Below, piece after piece: positions 28,389-38,324 of a DNA stretch of 64,000 nt. Within the stretch, counting starts at the first letter, position 1. The number at the start of each line of letters is the position of its first letter. Where the stretch lies: the IMG/VR virus record IMGVR_UViG_3300033997_000478, positions 1-64,000 of that record, one strand, 5' to 3'. Under the pieces are notes generated by a model that saw nothing but the letters and a program-made list of their open reading frames with translations, did no database searches and was not told the origin of the DNA. Made by a program: the position numbers and the translations under genes.

Positions 28389-29645
28389 TCACGAGGTCTT
28401 GATGAACTGGGCGGTGTTGTTCTGGTAGTACTGCATGGCCATGGCCCTGATCACCAGATACAACTGAACACCCGTCTTGACCGAAGCAATGACGGACTCG
28501 TTTCGAGACTTGATCGAATGTCGTACAACCCGCTCGGCCAGTTCCTTGGTCTTGAGCAGGGTCGGATCGGCCATACGCGAGGCCATGTACATGGCGCGCA
28601 GTTTGGTGATCAGCGGCATCAGGCCGCCACGGGGGTTGTAGAGCTCACGATCGGAGGTGATCATGCCAAAGGCGTAGATCAGCGTTTCGTTGGCCAGCTC
28701 AGTGATGTACTCATGGCCCTTGGTCTGCTTGAACCGGGACATCCAGGTCAAGGCATCACGCAGGTCATTGGGATTCATCGAACGCATGCCATCACTGACC
28801 ACCTCAATCAGCTCTTCGATCACAAAGCTGCGGGGGTCGTCCATCACCTCGTTCAGGTAACGGATGAAAGTGGTGAACTGACGCGTTCGGTCTTGCATGA
28901 CCACCGAGCCGTCCACCTCGGTGCGCACGCTTTTCTGCACGACGACTTTCTTGCCTTCTTCGTGCAGCTTGTAGAAGATCTTGTTGATGGACTTGATCAG
29001 CTCGCGGATACGGTTTTGGATGTCGGAGATCATGTAGATCACATCCTTGTCGTTCTTCATCTCCATGTAAGCCCGGCGGTAGACGCTTCGGGGGGAGATG
29101 ATTTCCGCGGCTCGCTTTTCGATCAGGTCGCCCCAGTTCTTGTGGGTCTTGATCAGGAACTTACGGCTCATCGCGTTCAGGGCTGCCTGCGCCGTGCCTT
29201 CGTCGGCCGGGTAGGGGTAGCTGCGCGAGAGCACCGAACCGAGGTACTTGTAGAGCAGGGCTCGGATGGTCAGTTCCGCACCTTCCTGGCGCAGGGCCGG
29301 GGAGATGTGTTCGGCAGTCATAAGCCGGTGGACCAGCCACACTGCCGATTGGTTGAAGGTATCGTTGGCTCGCACCCAGTCTTTGGGGATGTCGAGTTTG
29401 GCAACGCCTTCTTCGACTGCGCCCTCGTCCACATCCCGCAGGATTTCGACGAACCACTTTTCGCGGTCGGAGGGACGGAAGCGCATGGGGTGGACGCCAG
29501 TAAGCTGGCCGCCGAAGAAAGCGATGTGGTCCTCGTTACGGGACGTGAAGCTGTGGTCAAACTCACGCAGCCGCTTGATCAGGTCGAGGTCGACCTTGAA
29601 GTCAGGCGCAGCTGCGTCGAAGACCGATTTGATGTTAGGGGACAT
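28389..29645 (-). CDS. Conserved jumbo-phage protein (phiKZ gp32-like, probably virion-associated)
   Basis: 418 aa; HIAFFGGQLTGVHPMRF motif; identity from recollection and synteny. Confidence 0.6.
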   Translation of the reverse strand: MSPNIKSVFDAAAPDFKVDLDLIKRLREFDHSFTSRNEDHIAFFGGQLTGVHPMRFRPSDREKWFVEILRDVDEGAVEEGVAKLDIPKDWVRANDTFNQSAVWLVHRLMTAEHISPALRQEGAELTIRALLYKYLGSVLSRSYPYPADEGTAQAALNAMSRKFLIKTHKNWGDLIEKRAAEIISPRSVYRRAYMEMKNDKDVIYMISDIQNRIRELIKSINKIFYKLHEEGKKVVVQKSVRTEVDGSVVMQDRTRQFTTFIRYLNEVMDDPRSFVIEELIEVVSDGMRSMNPNDLRDALTWMSRFKQTKGHEYITELANETLIYAFGMITSDRELYNPRGGLMPLITKLRAMYMASRMADPTLLKTKELAERVVRHSIKSRNESVIASVKTGVQLYLVIRAMAMQYYQNNTAQFIKTS

Positions 29646-29728
29646 TGCGCGCCTTTAGGAAGTGAAGAGGGCTCAAGAATTCTTGGAATCTATACCATCT
29701 TGTTGAAAACCTAAAGGAACTTCAAGAC

Positions 29729-30289
29729 ATGACATCACATGGCATGAGTTACACGGCGGAATATTCAGCTTGGCGAGAAGCGAAATACCGGTGCATTCGA
29801 GCAACCCACCAGAACTATCCACATTACGGAGGCCGGGGTATTCGGATGTGTGAACGGTGGTTGGAATCTTTCGAGGCCTTCTTCGCAGACATGGGTCCCC
29901 GCCCCAGTGAAGACCATTCCCTCAATCGAATCAATAACGATGGTGACTATGAGCCGGGGAATTGTGAATGGGCTACTCTCAAAGAGCAGGCTCGCAATAA
30001 AACCAACAATCGCAAATTCCACCACGATGGGATCGACAAGACGGTAGCTCAGTTGGCCGAGGAACGTGGCCTGAGTCCCCATCGCGTTTTCCAGCGGCTG
30101 GATCAACAAGGCGATTCGCTTGAACGGGCCCTAAGACCGGTCAAGGTCCGACCTGTCTATAGTCACGATGGGAAGTCTTTAACGCTCAGCGAGTGGTCAA
30201 AGGTGACAGGTATTCGGACATCTACTCTTCATCGAAGAATTCACGATCTCGGCTGGTCTGTAAGCAAAGCGCTCACCACTCCGACTTGA
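29729..30289 (+). CDS. Free-standing HNH-family endonuclease-like protein with two C-terminal HTH-like repeats
   Basis: YGGRGIRMCERW...DMGPRPSEDHSLNRINNDGDYEPGNCEWAT. Confidence 0.8.
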   Translation: MTSHGMSYTAEYSAWREAKYRCIRATHQNYPHYGGRGIRMCERWLESFEAFFADMGPRPSEDHSLNRINNDGDYEPGNCEWATLKEQARNKTNNRKFHHDGIDKTVAQLAEERGLSPHRVFQRLDQQGDSLERALRPVKVRPVYSHDGKSLTLSEWSKVTGIRTSTLHRRIHDLGWSVSKALTTPT

Positions 30290-30702
30290 TGTTTTCCACG
30301 AGGAGAGCTCCAGGAGGATCGAAAGAGTAGGCTACACAATTACACCGATCCTCTGAGCATATCCTCTAGAGTCTGCTGTAAGATTTCAGTGAAGCCCTTG
30401 TTCACAGGCCCATTTCTGGGCCTTCACAGGCTTACGTAATTCTTAACGTAAGTGACTGTATCTCGTAGTAGATATTTAACAGTAGTACCTACGGTACTAC
30501 TATACTACTTGTTATATTTGCTTCTATTGGGACTACTAGAAAAATTTGGGACCAAGCCCAGGCCCGTAGGGCTGGGCGTTAAGGTCCAAAAAAGAAATTT
30601 CGTTTAGGACGCGAGGGCCCCAAGCCCTCGCTTATGACGTTGAGTAGAAAAGCACACAAGCTCCTATGTCTATGTAACCTATCCCTCTTAGAGATCCTTC
30701 AC

Positions 30703-31179
30703 ATGACTGAAAACGCTTCGACCTCCACGCCGCGCGTTGCGGTCTTCGCGACTGTCTCGATGGAATCACGTCTGCGCGGTCTTGAGACCCGCGCTGAGCT
30801 CATCTTCCCGGAAGGCTCGCAGGTTTCCATGGAAACCCAGCAGCTGGAAGAGAAGGAAAAGATCGACAACCTGGTTGATCAGCACGAACGTCTTCGTGCC
30901 CTGCTCAAGGACGAACGTACTACCGGCGCCGCCCACCTGTACATCCTCGAACCCGAAGCGCTGGCTCACTCCGATCCGGCGGCGCAGTCGACCCTGCAGG
31001 CGTTGACCAACGCCCAGCTTTCGGACAAGACCTCCATCGTGGCGGCCATGCTGCCTCCGACCACCGGCTACACCGACGCCGGTCTGGCCGCCCTGGATCT
31101 GCTCAAGCCGGATCTGGAAAACGGCAAGGTCGTCACCGTCGAATCCTTCGACGACCTGCTGGCGTTGCTCAACCGCTAA
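30703..31179 (+). CDS. Hypothetical protein
   Basis: Biased codons from ATG 30703; followed by a hairpin. Confidence 0.78.
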   Translation: MTENASTSTPRVAVFATVSMESRLRGLETRAELIFPEGSQVSMETQQLEEKEKIDNLVDQHERLRALLKDERTTGAAHLYILEPEALAHSDPAAQSTLQALTNAQLSDKTSIVAAMLPPTTGYTDAGLAALDLLKPDLENGKVVTVESFDDLLALLNR

Positions 31180-31180
31180 G

Positions 31181-31217
31181 CGGCATACGGCCCCACCTTC
31201 GGGTGGGGTCTTTATGC
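31181..31217. terminator. UUCG hairpin flanked by CGGCATA ... TTTATGC
   Basis: GGCCCCACC-TTCG-GGTGGGGTC. Confidence 0.75.
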
Positions 31218-31288
31218 AGGCAATACGATGACTAATGAAAAACCTTTCAGGACTATAATACCGAAGGGAGATACACCCACGATAAAGG

Positions 31289-31876
31289 ATGGCTTCAATG
31301 GTTGCAAAGATCAAAGACATGACCGGTGAGCGGTTTGGTCTACTGACGGTGATCGGAATGCATCCGCACCGCAACAGATTCAAGCAGGTCATGTGGGACT
31401 GCCGCTGCGATTGCGGCAACATGATCGCCTACAGCGGATGCCTGCTGCGGATCAACAACATCGTCCACTGCGGCAAATGCCCCTATCGCATCCTGGGTTA
31501 CGCCAAGGGGTCGATCCGCTTGGCATGGCTGGAGGTTCTCAAGGACCTGCACAAGGTGTACATCGACCCCAAGTGGGTTATGTCGATCATCGAGTTCTAC
31601 AAAGACGTTGGCGACCGACCCAGCGCAGATCACGCGCTGGAGCGCATCGATCCTAAAGGTCCATACGTCAAGAACAACATGCGGTGGGTAGACGGTCTGG
31701 CCCACCGGCGCCAGCCGCGTTACCTGTTCATGGGCGAGAGCGTGTCGTGTGCGGAGCTGGCTCGTAAGTTTGGCATTACTCGACAGGCGATGAGTCAAGG
31801 CTTGAAGTCTGGCTGGACGATGGCCCAGCTCGAAAAGCGCTACCGCAAACAGCAAGCCGAAATGAGCAGCAAATAA
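31289..31876 (+). CDS. Degenerate HNH-family endonuclease-like protein
   Basis: KDMTGERFGLLTV...WDCRCDCGN N-terminus; DVGDRPSADHALERIDPKGPYVKNNMRW; lacks the YGGRGI motif. Confidence 0.7.
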   Translation: MASMVAKIKDMTGERFGLLTVIGMHPHRNRFKQVMWDCRCDCGNMIAYSGCLLRINNIVHCGKCPYRILGYAKGSIRLAWLEVLKDLHKVYIDPKWVMSIIEFYKDVGDRPSADHALERIDPKGPYVKNNMRWVDGLAHRRQPRYLFMGESVSCAELARKFGITRQAMSQGLKSGWTMAQLEKRYRKQQAEMSSK

Positions 31877-32026
31877 AAGAAATTCAGAACTATACTACTC
31901 CTACGACAGGTGCCCTGTAATTTCTCTTCGCTCTATGGTGGGGCAGTCAGTGCCCACGGTCTAGTTAGCCCCCTGGTCGTGGGGTGCGCGCTGGCTGTCT
32001 CACCACCCTATTCTCAAGGAACTGCA

Positions 32027-32515
32027 ATGAAAGATGAATCCAAGCGTTTGGAAATGAAGATCAACAAACCCACCACCGATGGCTACTGTCGCATCATTGT
32101 TACCCTCGATGCCGCTGTACCCATGGTCGGAAAGAGGACGATCGACAAGGCCCCCAACGGGCGCCTCAACGAGCTGCTCCCCATGGCGAAGATCCGTAAC
32201 TACAACAAAAGCGATACGGACTTCCACAAGGACGCCGGTGTTGTCATTTGTGCAACCGTGAAGTTCGGTCGCGTGATCAACGCCGACGATCGTCCGGATG
32301 GTAGTTACTCGACTTTCGAAACTACCGTGACCATCCACAGCTCCGAGCACGGCTCGGCCGATCTTGACATAGCGCTGGCGCAGTACAAGGCGCAGATCGC
32401 TCGCACCGAACCGATCATCGTCCACGCACTCGGCGCGCTCACTACCGATGAAGCCGAGGCCGATCTGCTGTTCTCCTCCATCATGCACGCCATAACTCCG
32501 AAAGAAGTCAACTAA
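32027..32515 (+). CDS. Hypothetical protein
   Basis: AAGGAA RBS before ATG 32027. Confidence 0.75.
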   Translation: MKDESKRLEMKINKPTTDGYCRIIVTLDAAVPMVGKRTIDKAPNGRLNELLPMAKIRNYNKSDTDFHKDAGVVICATVKFGRVINADDRPDGSYSTFETTVTIHSSEHGSADLDIALAQYKAQIARTEPIIVHALGALTTDEAEADLLFSSIMHAITPKEVN

Positions 32516-32547
32516 CCTACCGCTTCAACAACCCCAAGGAATCTGCA

Positions 32548-33093
32548 ATGAACGCTCTGAACAAGATGATCCGCAACATCTCCGACTCGCTGTTCTTCCG
32601 CAGCCGCAATCCCCATCAGGTGCACCGCAACGGCCACCACCTGCACAACGAATACCGCCGGATCCTGACGGCACCTGATCTGGCCGTCGAAGTACTGATG
32701 ACCATCGCACTGAAGGACGAACACTTCCGCGACCTGCTGCCCAAGAACGAGGGTCCGGGCCTGGTGCGTCTGGCCGTGGTCGGCAACTTCCTGTACGCCA
32801 ACGTTTTCGAACTGCACGAATTCCCCGGCGGTCCGATGGAACATCCGTTCAACGAAGACTGGCGCAAGGACAGCATCATCGACTACCTGGTCGCCACCGA
32901 AGTCAGCTACAACGACAAGGGCCGGCCGGAATCGTTCATCCATTCGCTCGAACCGATCGTTCGCCACTACCACACCCACCACAGCTTCGATCCCGACGAA
33001 CCGATCCACTCCTACGCTCTGACCTTGAACAAGGAAGAGCTGGAGCAGATCAACCGCCTCAGTGTATCCCACCATCGCCGCAAAGCGGCATAA
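32548..33093 (+). CDS. Hypothetical protein
   Basis: AAGGAA RBS; biased codons. Confidence 0.78.
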   Translation: MNALNKMIRNISDSLFFRSRNPHQVHRNGHHLHNEYRRILTAPDLAVEVLMTIALKDEHFRDLLPKNEGPGLVRLAVVGNFLYANVFELHEFPGGPMEHPFNEDWRKDSIIDYLVATEVSYNDKGRPESFIHSLEPIVRHYHTHHSFDPDEPIHSYALTLNKEELEQINRLSVSHHRRKAA

Positions 33094-33103
33094 AGGAACT
33101 ACC

Positions 33104-33736
33104 GTGAACAAGATCCTGATCAGCTCCATCCTGGTTGCGGCCCTGGTGGGTTGCAGCAAGGCTGAACCGGCGCAGACCACTACCACTGTCAAGGAGGTGG
33201 CTGCTGCTGAAACCGCACAGGCCCTGGCGGCCGAGGTGACTGCACTCCGGCAGGAGCTGGCAGCCAAGGACGTACAGGCCGCCACTGAAGCGGCCAAGTA
33301 CGTGGACGTCGACCCGGCGCTGTGGTCGCAGATTCCCAACAACCAGGCTCAGGCCGATGCATCCAAGGCAGCTGCCAAGGAACACATCGAATCGGGCAAG
33401 GCGTGGGACTACCTGCCCTCACAGCACGTCCAGGTCGATGGCTACCCGGTCTTTGACACGGTGACCTGTGACTTTGACGCTTTGCCCAACGCCTCCCTGT
33501 GCGAAGTCAACGGCAACGAAGCCGTCGATGAGTACTGGGTCAGCCTGCACACCACCGTAGTGGACAACCGTGACTTCTTCCGCAAGGACTGGATCTGCGG
33601 TCGCGTCTGCTTCGATGGCGCCGGCAACCTCGTCGGCTCGGTGAGCGAAGAGATGGTCAACTGGGTTACCGCCCAGTGCGACTGGTCTGTTTACACTGCG
33701 CCGGACTGCACCATCAACCGCAAGAAGAACCACTAG
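33104..33736 (+). CDS. Predicted lipoprotein
   Basis: AAGGAA RBS, GTG start, signal peptide MNKILISSILVAALVG-C with an LVGC lipobox. Confidence 0.8.
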   Translation: MNKILISSILVAALVGCSKAEPAQTTTTVKEVAAAETAQALAAEVTALRQELAAKDVQAATEAAKYVDVDPALWSQIPNNQAQADASKAAAKEHIESGKAWDYLPSQHVQVDGYPVFDTVTCDFDALPNASLCEVNGNEAVDEYWVSLHTTVVDNRDFFRKDWICGRVCFDGAGNLVGSVSEEMVNWVTAQCDWSVYTAPDCTINRKKNH

Positions 33737-33747
33737 GAAAGCAATCA

Positions 33748-34215
33748 ATGTACAAAGAGAAGATCAACTACTTCGCCGGCACGATCATCCCCAAGTCTGC
33801 GGTGGATGGTTTTGAAGATACGCTGCGCGACCTGATCACCTTCGATGGTGTGGAGCGTAAGCTCCAGCGTATCGCCAACCGTGAAAGTGACAGCCGAGCA
33901 CGGGCCGGGCTGAAGAAGCCGGTAACCATTGCCGGCGAAGTAGTGGTCGACCTGAGGGGTGAGAATAAGCCGAACTTCTTCTTCACCGCCAAGTACGAGT
34001 TCGAGGCTGACGAGCTGGACTACAACGTCATCCTGCGCATCTCGGCGGAGCGCAGTGCGATCTTCAACGACATCTATCGGGAAGGCCTGATTCGCATGCG
34101 CGATCTGACTGACCTCAAGCCGCATTACAAGCCCGAAGATGCCGATAGGTTGGAGATGTTGGAGCAGACGATCGCCACGTTCCTCCATGACCTGTCATCC
34201 ATCCTCCCGCACTAG
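33748..34215 (+). CDS. Hypothetical protein
   Basis: AGGAAA RBS before ATG 33748. Confidence 0.75.
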   Translation: MYKEKINYFAGTIIPKSAVDGFEDTLRDLITFDGVERKLQRIANRESDSRARAGLKKPVTIAGEVVVDLRGENKPNFFFTAKYEFEADELDYNVILRISAERSAIFNDIYREGLIRMRDLTDLKPHYKPEDADRLEMLEQTIATFLHDLSSILPH

Positions 34216-34223
34216 GAGTCGTC

Positions 34224-34652
34224 ATGAAGTTCAAAGAGAAGATCACCATCACTCTCCCACCGACTTCACCAGGCGCTTACGACTCCAAGGCCTATGGTGA
34301 GGAGTTCGTGGGTGGGATGATCCGTGAAGCGGTGGCGGTCTTGGATCGTCACGCCAAACCACCTGAGATTGAGGTGAAGGTGTACGACCAGCCCCCACGA
34401 ACCCCGTCGGGATTCATGGAGATCGAGTACTCGGTCGAGTTTGAGTACATCTCCCTGTGCAATGTCAGTCAAGACCGGGTCCAGCAGTTTGATCGGGAGC
34501 GGACCAGCACTCAAGATGTGGTGGACGCGGTGATGACCATGCGGGCAGCTTCGATCGGGCAGATACTGCTGAACGCCATCCAGCATCCGGTCATCTACGG
34601 AAATTCGGACGTGATGATCGATATGATCGAGCTGCTTCCCAAGCAGATCTAA
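34224..34652 (+). CDS. Hypothetical protein
   Basis: AGGAG RBS; followed by a hairpin. Confidence 0.75.
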   Translation: MKFKEKITITLPPTSPGAYDSKAYGEEFVGGMIREAVAVLDRHAKPPEIEVKVYDQPPRTPSGFMEIEYSVEFEYISLCNVSQDRVQQFDRERTSTQDVVDAVMTMRAASIGQILLNAIQHPVIYGNSDVMIDMIELLPKQI

Positions 34653-34744
34653 CGGCATAGCCCCTCCTCCCGATCGGGAGGAGGGGCGGATAGGGTGCTT
34701 TTCTTTTTCGCTATTTTGTGGATACCAACACAGAGGAAACATCC

Positions 34745-35131
34745 ATGCAGTTCTACGAAGGTCTGGTCATCACGCGTAACGCCAACATGACCGACGACGG
34801 TGCCGACTGGACCGCCGACCTGGTCGCCCATTGCTCCGGTGATGGTGCGGTCAACCTCGGCGCCCAGCTGGTGGTCAGCGATGACCCGGATGCTCCGAAC
34901 TACTCGGTGGTCTACATCGCCGGCGTGCAAGCCGCACCGACCCTGGGCAACGAACGCCACGAACAGCCGCCGATCGAGTCGGATGTTCTGGACCAAGCGA
35001 TGGTCGAGAAGATCGCCAACCTGCGTGCCCGTGTCGTGGCTCGTCTGCTGTACATCGCCATTCGTCATGACGACCTGCTGTACATGGACAACCTGGAAAC
35101 CCTGCGAAACACCATCTCCCCGTCGTACTGA
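34745..35131 (+). CDS. Hypothetical protein
   Basis: GAGGAA RBS before ATG 34745. Confidence 0.75.
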   Translation: MQFYEGLVITRNANMTDDGADWTADLVAHCSGDGAVNLGAQLVVSDDPDAPNYSVVYIAGVQAAPTLGNERHEQPPIESDVLDQAMVEKIANLRARVVARLLYIAIRHDDLLYMDNLETLRNTISPSY

Positions 35132-35168
35132 CGGCATAGCCCCTCCCCATTTGGGGAGGGGCCTTATG
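35132..35168. terminator. Bidirectional hairpin, CGGCATAG ... TTATG
   Basis: GCCCCTCCCC-ATTT-GGGGAGGGGC between convergent stops. Confidence 0.78.
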
Positions 35169-35172
35169 ATGC

Positions 35173-35973
35173 TTAGTTGTTTCCCCCCGTTAGGGTCCGC
35201 AGTGCTCTTTCGTAGCCCTTGCGATCGTCCATGAACATCACCTTTTGCCAGACTTCATCGATGTAGTCCAGATACATCTGGTTGGCGTCAGAGTAGCTGT
35301 CGATGATCTCGCGGTAACGACCCAGTTCCATACCACCGACCAGACGATTCATGCCGGTGGGGATGACCTGGTTGTTGTAGATGTAGGCCTTGGTTGCCAA
35401 CTCTACCAACTTGGAGAACGGGCGGTAGGTGGTCGGCTGGAGCGTGTTGAACTCGTCGTCGTATTCCAGATAGCAGCGCAGGAAGCAGGTGCGCGGCATC
35501 GACAGCACATCGCTGACCAGCAGGACGTTGTCACCGACCAGACGGATGTAGGCGGTGGAGACGATCGGGATACCCATCTGCGCATTCATCATGCCTTGGG
35601 CGGCATCGAGGATTTGCGAGTAGCCATTGACACCCATGTACGAGTTGTTCATCGTGTTGCTCGGACCGATGGTCAGCGAGACGACACGGGAGATCTTGCG
35701 GTTCTGGGTGAGGTTGGCCGGAATGCGGTAGATGTAGCGCGCGGTGTCGATTTGCTCAGCCGGCACGTTGTCCAGCGGGATCTCGATCATGTTGCCGCCG
35801 GCCAGATTGCAGTCGGGGATCACGCGCTCGTTGATCACCTTCTCCCGGATCATGGCATCCAGTGAAACCGGCATTGGAGTCCGGTTGAACTCCTTGCGGA
35901 TAAAGACCTCCTCAAGGATCTCTCGAGGAATGGCGAACTTGACGTCTTGGATCGCCTTTTGAAGAGCGCCCAT
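35173..35973 (-). CDS. Conserved jumbo-phage protein, probably virion structural
   Basis: 266 aa; N-terminal ALQKAIQDVKFAIPREILEEVF; divergent from the phuZ unit; TATG on the minus strand about 24 nt upstream. Confidence 0.6.
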   Translation of the reverse strand: MGALQKAIQDVKFAIPREILEEVFIRKEFNRTPMPVSLDAMIREKVINERVIPDCNLAGGNMIEIPLDNVPAEQIDTARYIYRIPANLTQNRKISRVVSLTIGPSNTMNNSYMGVNGYSQILDAAQGMMNAQMGIPIVSTAYIRLVGDNVLLVSDVLSMPRTCFLRCYLEYDDEFNTLQPTTYRPFSKLVELATKAYIYNNQVIPTGMNRLVGGMELGRYREIIDSYSDANQMYLDYIDEVWQKVMFMDDRKGYERALRTLTGGNN

Positions 35974-36122
35974 GAAGGACTCCTATGTAGATTCTCATAG
36001 ACTAATCCATCAATAGACCAACTTTCAAAACTACAATATCTCCTTGAGTCAGCTACGTGAAGACGTAAAAAATCCCACTAGCTAACTCATCGTTTGATAA
36101 CCCCGCCATTGAGGCTTCTCTC

Positions 36123-36590
36123 ATGTCCCGTTCTTTCGCAGCAAATCACAGTTGGGTGGTCCATCGCGACTTGCGGTACATCAGTCGCAATCTTACCCCG
36201 GAAGACCACGACAGGCTGGCCCTGTACGTTGTCAGTCGAGATCCCGAGTTGTATGGGATCCACGCCACCGTCAACTACCAGCCAATGCTGGGGGTAGTTG
36301 TGGGTAAGCGCACGATCCACGTTCGGGTCTATGACCTGGATGCGATGAAGAAGAAGCCTGACATGTTGGCCAGCCGCTTGGGGCTGATCGACAATGCCAG
36401 CTATATCCTGTTCGATCACAGAGGTGAGCCGTATGTGGTTCACGGTGAACAACGGTATGTAGCCAGCGGCGAGTCACCGGAGTTCGTTGCGGAGAAGTAT
36501 CTGAGCCCCGCAGCTGTTGTTGCACTGGACAATGCACTGGTCCAACAGCAGAAAATCGAACCCTCCCGACCACTGGCGGCGGTTAGCTAA
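36123..36590 (+). CDS. Hypothetical protein upstream of phuZ
   Basis: GAGG RBS; 155 aa. Confidence 0.68.
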   Translation: MSRSFAANHSWVVHRDLRYISRNLTPEDHDRLALYVVSRDPELYGIHATVNYQPMLGVVVGKRTIHVRVYDLDAMKKKPDMLASRLGLIDNASYILFDHRGEPYVVHGEQRYVASGESPEFVAEKYLSPAAVVALDNALVQQQKIEPSRPLAAVS

Positions 36591-36623
36591 ACGCACTACC
36601 CACATCCCATTTCGAGGAAGAGC

Positions 36624-37607
36624 ATGAGTATCGAAGAGACCCCGCGCGGCAAGATCAGCCTGTACGGCGCCGGCGGCGCTGGCATCAACCTGGTCAGCAG
36701 CTGGAACGACGCGCACAACGACCACGCCACGGGGCAGGCTCTGCTGCAGGTGTCCTACGTGGACACCTCCAAGTCCAACCTCCCCGCCAGCGTCAATCCG
36801 GAAACCGTGTACGTGCTCGATGGCGTGGACGGCTCGGGCAAGATCCGCAGCGAGAACCACGTGGAAATCTCGCGCAACATCCGCAGCGTGCTGCAGAAGC
36901 ATGCGCCGGGTGACCTGAGCGTGGTGGTGTTCTCCGCCTCCGGCGGTTCTGGTTCGGTGTTCGGCCCGCTGCTGATCGCCGAACTGATCAGCACCGGCAA
37001 TCCGGTGGTGGGCGTGGTGGTGGGTTCGGAAGAATCCAAGATCACCACCGAGAACACCCTCAAGACCCTGAAGACCCTGGAACACATCGCCCAGTCCAAG
37101 GGCGTGCCGGTGGTCATCAGCTACCACCACAACAAGGCCGGCACCAAGCGCTCGGACAACGACAAGGCAGCCCGCCGCGTCATGGCCACCCTGAGCGTGC
37201 TGGCTTCGCGCCGCAACACGGCGTTGGACACCAAGGACATCGCCAACTGGCTCGAATACACCCGCGTGGCCCCGGCCATCAAGCCGCAGCTGTCGCTGCT
37301 GCACGTGTACGACCAGATCGACGACGTCCAGAATGCCACCCGGCCGATCTCCATCGCCGCGCTGCTGAAGGACCCGGACGAGCCGACCTTCGACGTGCCC
37401 TGCGAATACGAGACCACCGGCTACCCCAAGAACTGGCCGGACGGCTTCAACCAGCTGTTCTTCGTCATCAACGTCGATGGCGTGCCGGTCGTGGAGAAGA
37501 TGGTCAAGGACCGTCTGGAAGGTCTGGAGAAGGCCAGCGCTTCGCGCGTGACGCGTGACTCCATGGTCGACGGCAAGGACAACATCGTCGGCGACCTGAT
37601 CCTGTAA
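36624..37607 (+). CDS. phuZ: PhuZ phage tubulin
   Basis: YGAGGAGINL, VDTSKSN, DGSGKIRSEN and the tubulin signature SASGGSGS; acidic-hydrophobic C-terminal tail (DNIVGDLIL). Confidence 0.95.
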   Translation: MSIEETPRGKISLYGAGGAGINLVSSWNDAHNDHATGQALLQVSYVDTSKSNLPASVNPETVYVLDGVDGSGKIRSENHVEISRNIRSVLQKHAPGDLSVVVFSASGGSGSVFGPLLIAELISTGNPVVGVVVGSEESKITTENTLKTLKTLEHIAQSKGVPVVISYHHNKAGTKRSDNDKAARRVMATLSVLASRRNTALDTKDIANWLEYTRVAPAIKPQLSLLHVYDQIDDVQNATRPISIAALLKDPDEPTFDVPCEYETTGYPKNWPDGFNQLFFVINVDGVPVVEKMVKDRLEGLEKASASRVTRDSMVDGKDNIVGDLIL

Positions 37608-37651
37608 CCGACAACGCCCCCTCCCTTCGGGGAGGGGGTTATGGAACCCCC

Positions 37652-37846
37652 ATGAACGATACCTTTGTCTGCGACACCTGCGGCTGCATCGATCAACTCG
37701 AGCTGGCCGGAATCACCAACCCCTGCGGGAATCTCCAATGCACCCAATGCGCTTCCGGGACGTGGCACGATCTGTTTCCGAGGAGGCAGTACAATCCGAT
37801 CACCGATTTGGTCGTGAACCGACCCAACGGCATCGGGATCGGGTAG
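37652..37846 (+). CDS. Small zinc-ribbon-like protein
   Basis: CDTC...CTQC motifs in 64 aa. Confidence 0.6.
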   Translation: MNDTFVCDTCGCIDQLELAGITNPCGNLQCTQCASGTWHDLFPRRQYNPITDLVVNRPNGIGIG

Positions 37847-38313
37847 CCAACCAAAACCCGGCCATCACCATCCTCGTTCCGTGGGAGGACCCTGAGTTCT
37901 TCGACGAAGACGATCGACTGGCCTGCGATGAACTGACCATCGACCTCAACTACCTGTTCGTTGAGGCCGCAGGGTTCATGCCCTTGTTGGAGGTGGAGTA
38001 TCACTCCACCCAATTCATGGCCGTACTGGACATGAACTACAACGTGGTCTGGGATTGCCTGTGGAACATGTTCGAGGCGTGCGCCGACGACCAGCGGGTC
38101 ATGTCGCGCGATGCTTACATCGGACTGGCCGAACAGCACATCCACACACTGGTCCATACCACCGGCCGGATCATGGAGTGGATGGCGTGGCGGTGCAGTA
38201 ATTTCGCCGCTCCTCGTGAAGGTATGCATCCGCTCCACACGTACATCGACAATGCCGAATGGCGGCCGGGGGTGGGCGTATACATCTCCTTTGACTTCAG
38301 CGATGCGTATTAA
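37738..38313 (+). CDS. Array member 1 (hypothetical; start uncertain)
   Basis: Coding-like from about 37850 (ITILVPWEDPEF) to the stop at 38313. Confidence 0.65.
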   Translation: MHPMRFRDVARSVSEEAVQSDHRFGREPTQRHRDRVANQNPAITILVPWEDPEFFDEDDRLACDELTIDLNYLFVEAAGFMPLLEVEYHSTQFMAVLDMNYNVVWDCLWNMFEACADDQRVMSRDAYIGLAEQHIHTLVHTTGRIMEWMAWRCSNFAAPREGMHPLHTYIDNAEWRPGVGVYISFDFSDAY

Positions 38314-38324
38314 GGATAGTTGAA

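Noticed and set aside
31900-32026. Leader as a riboswitch
   Set aside because: Only weak pairing potential and no recognisable aptamer consensus.
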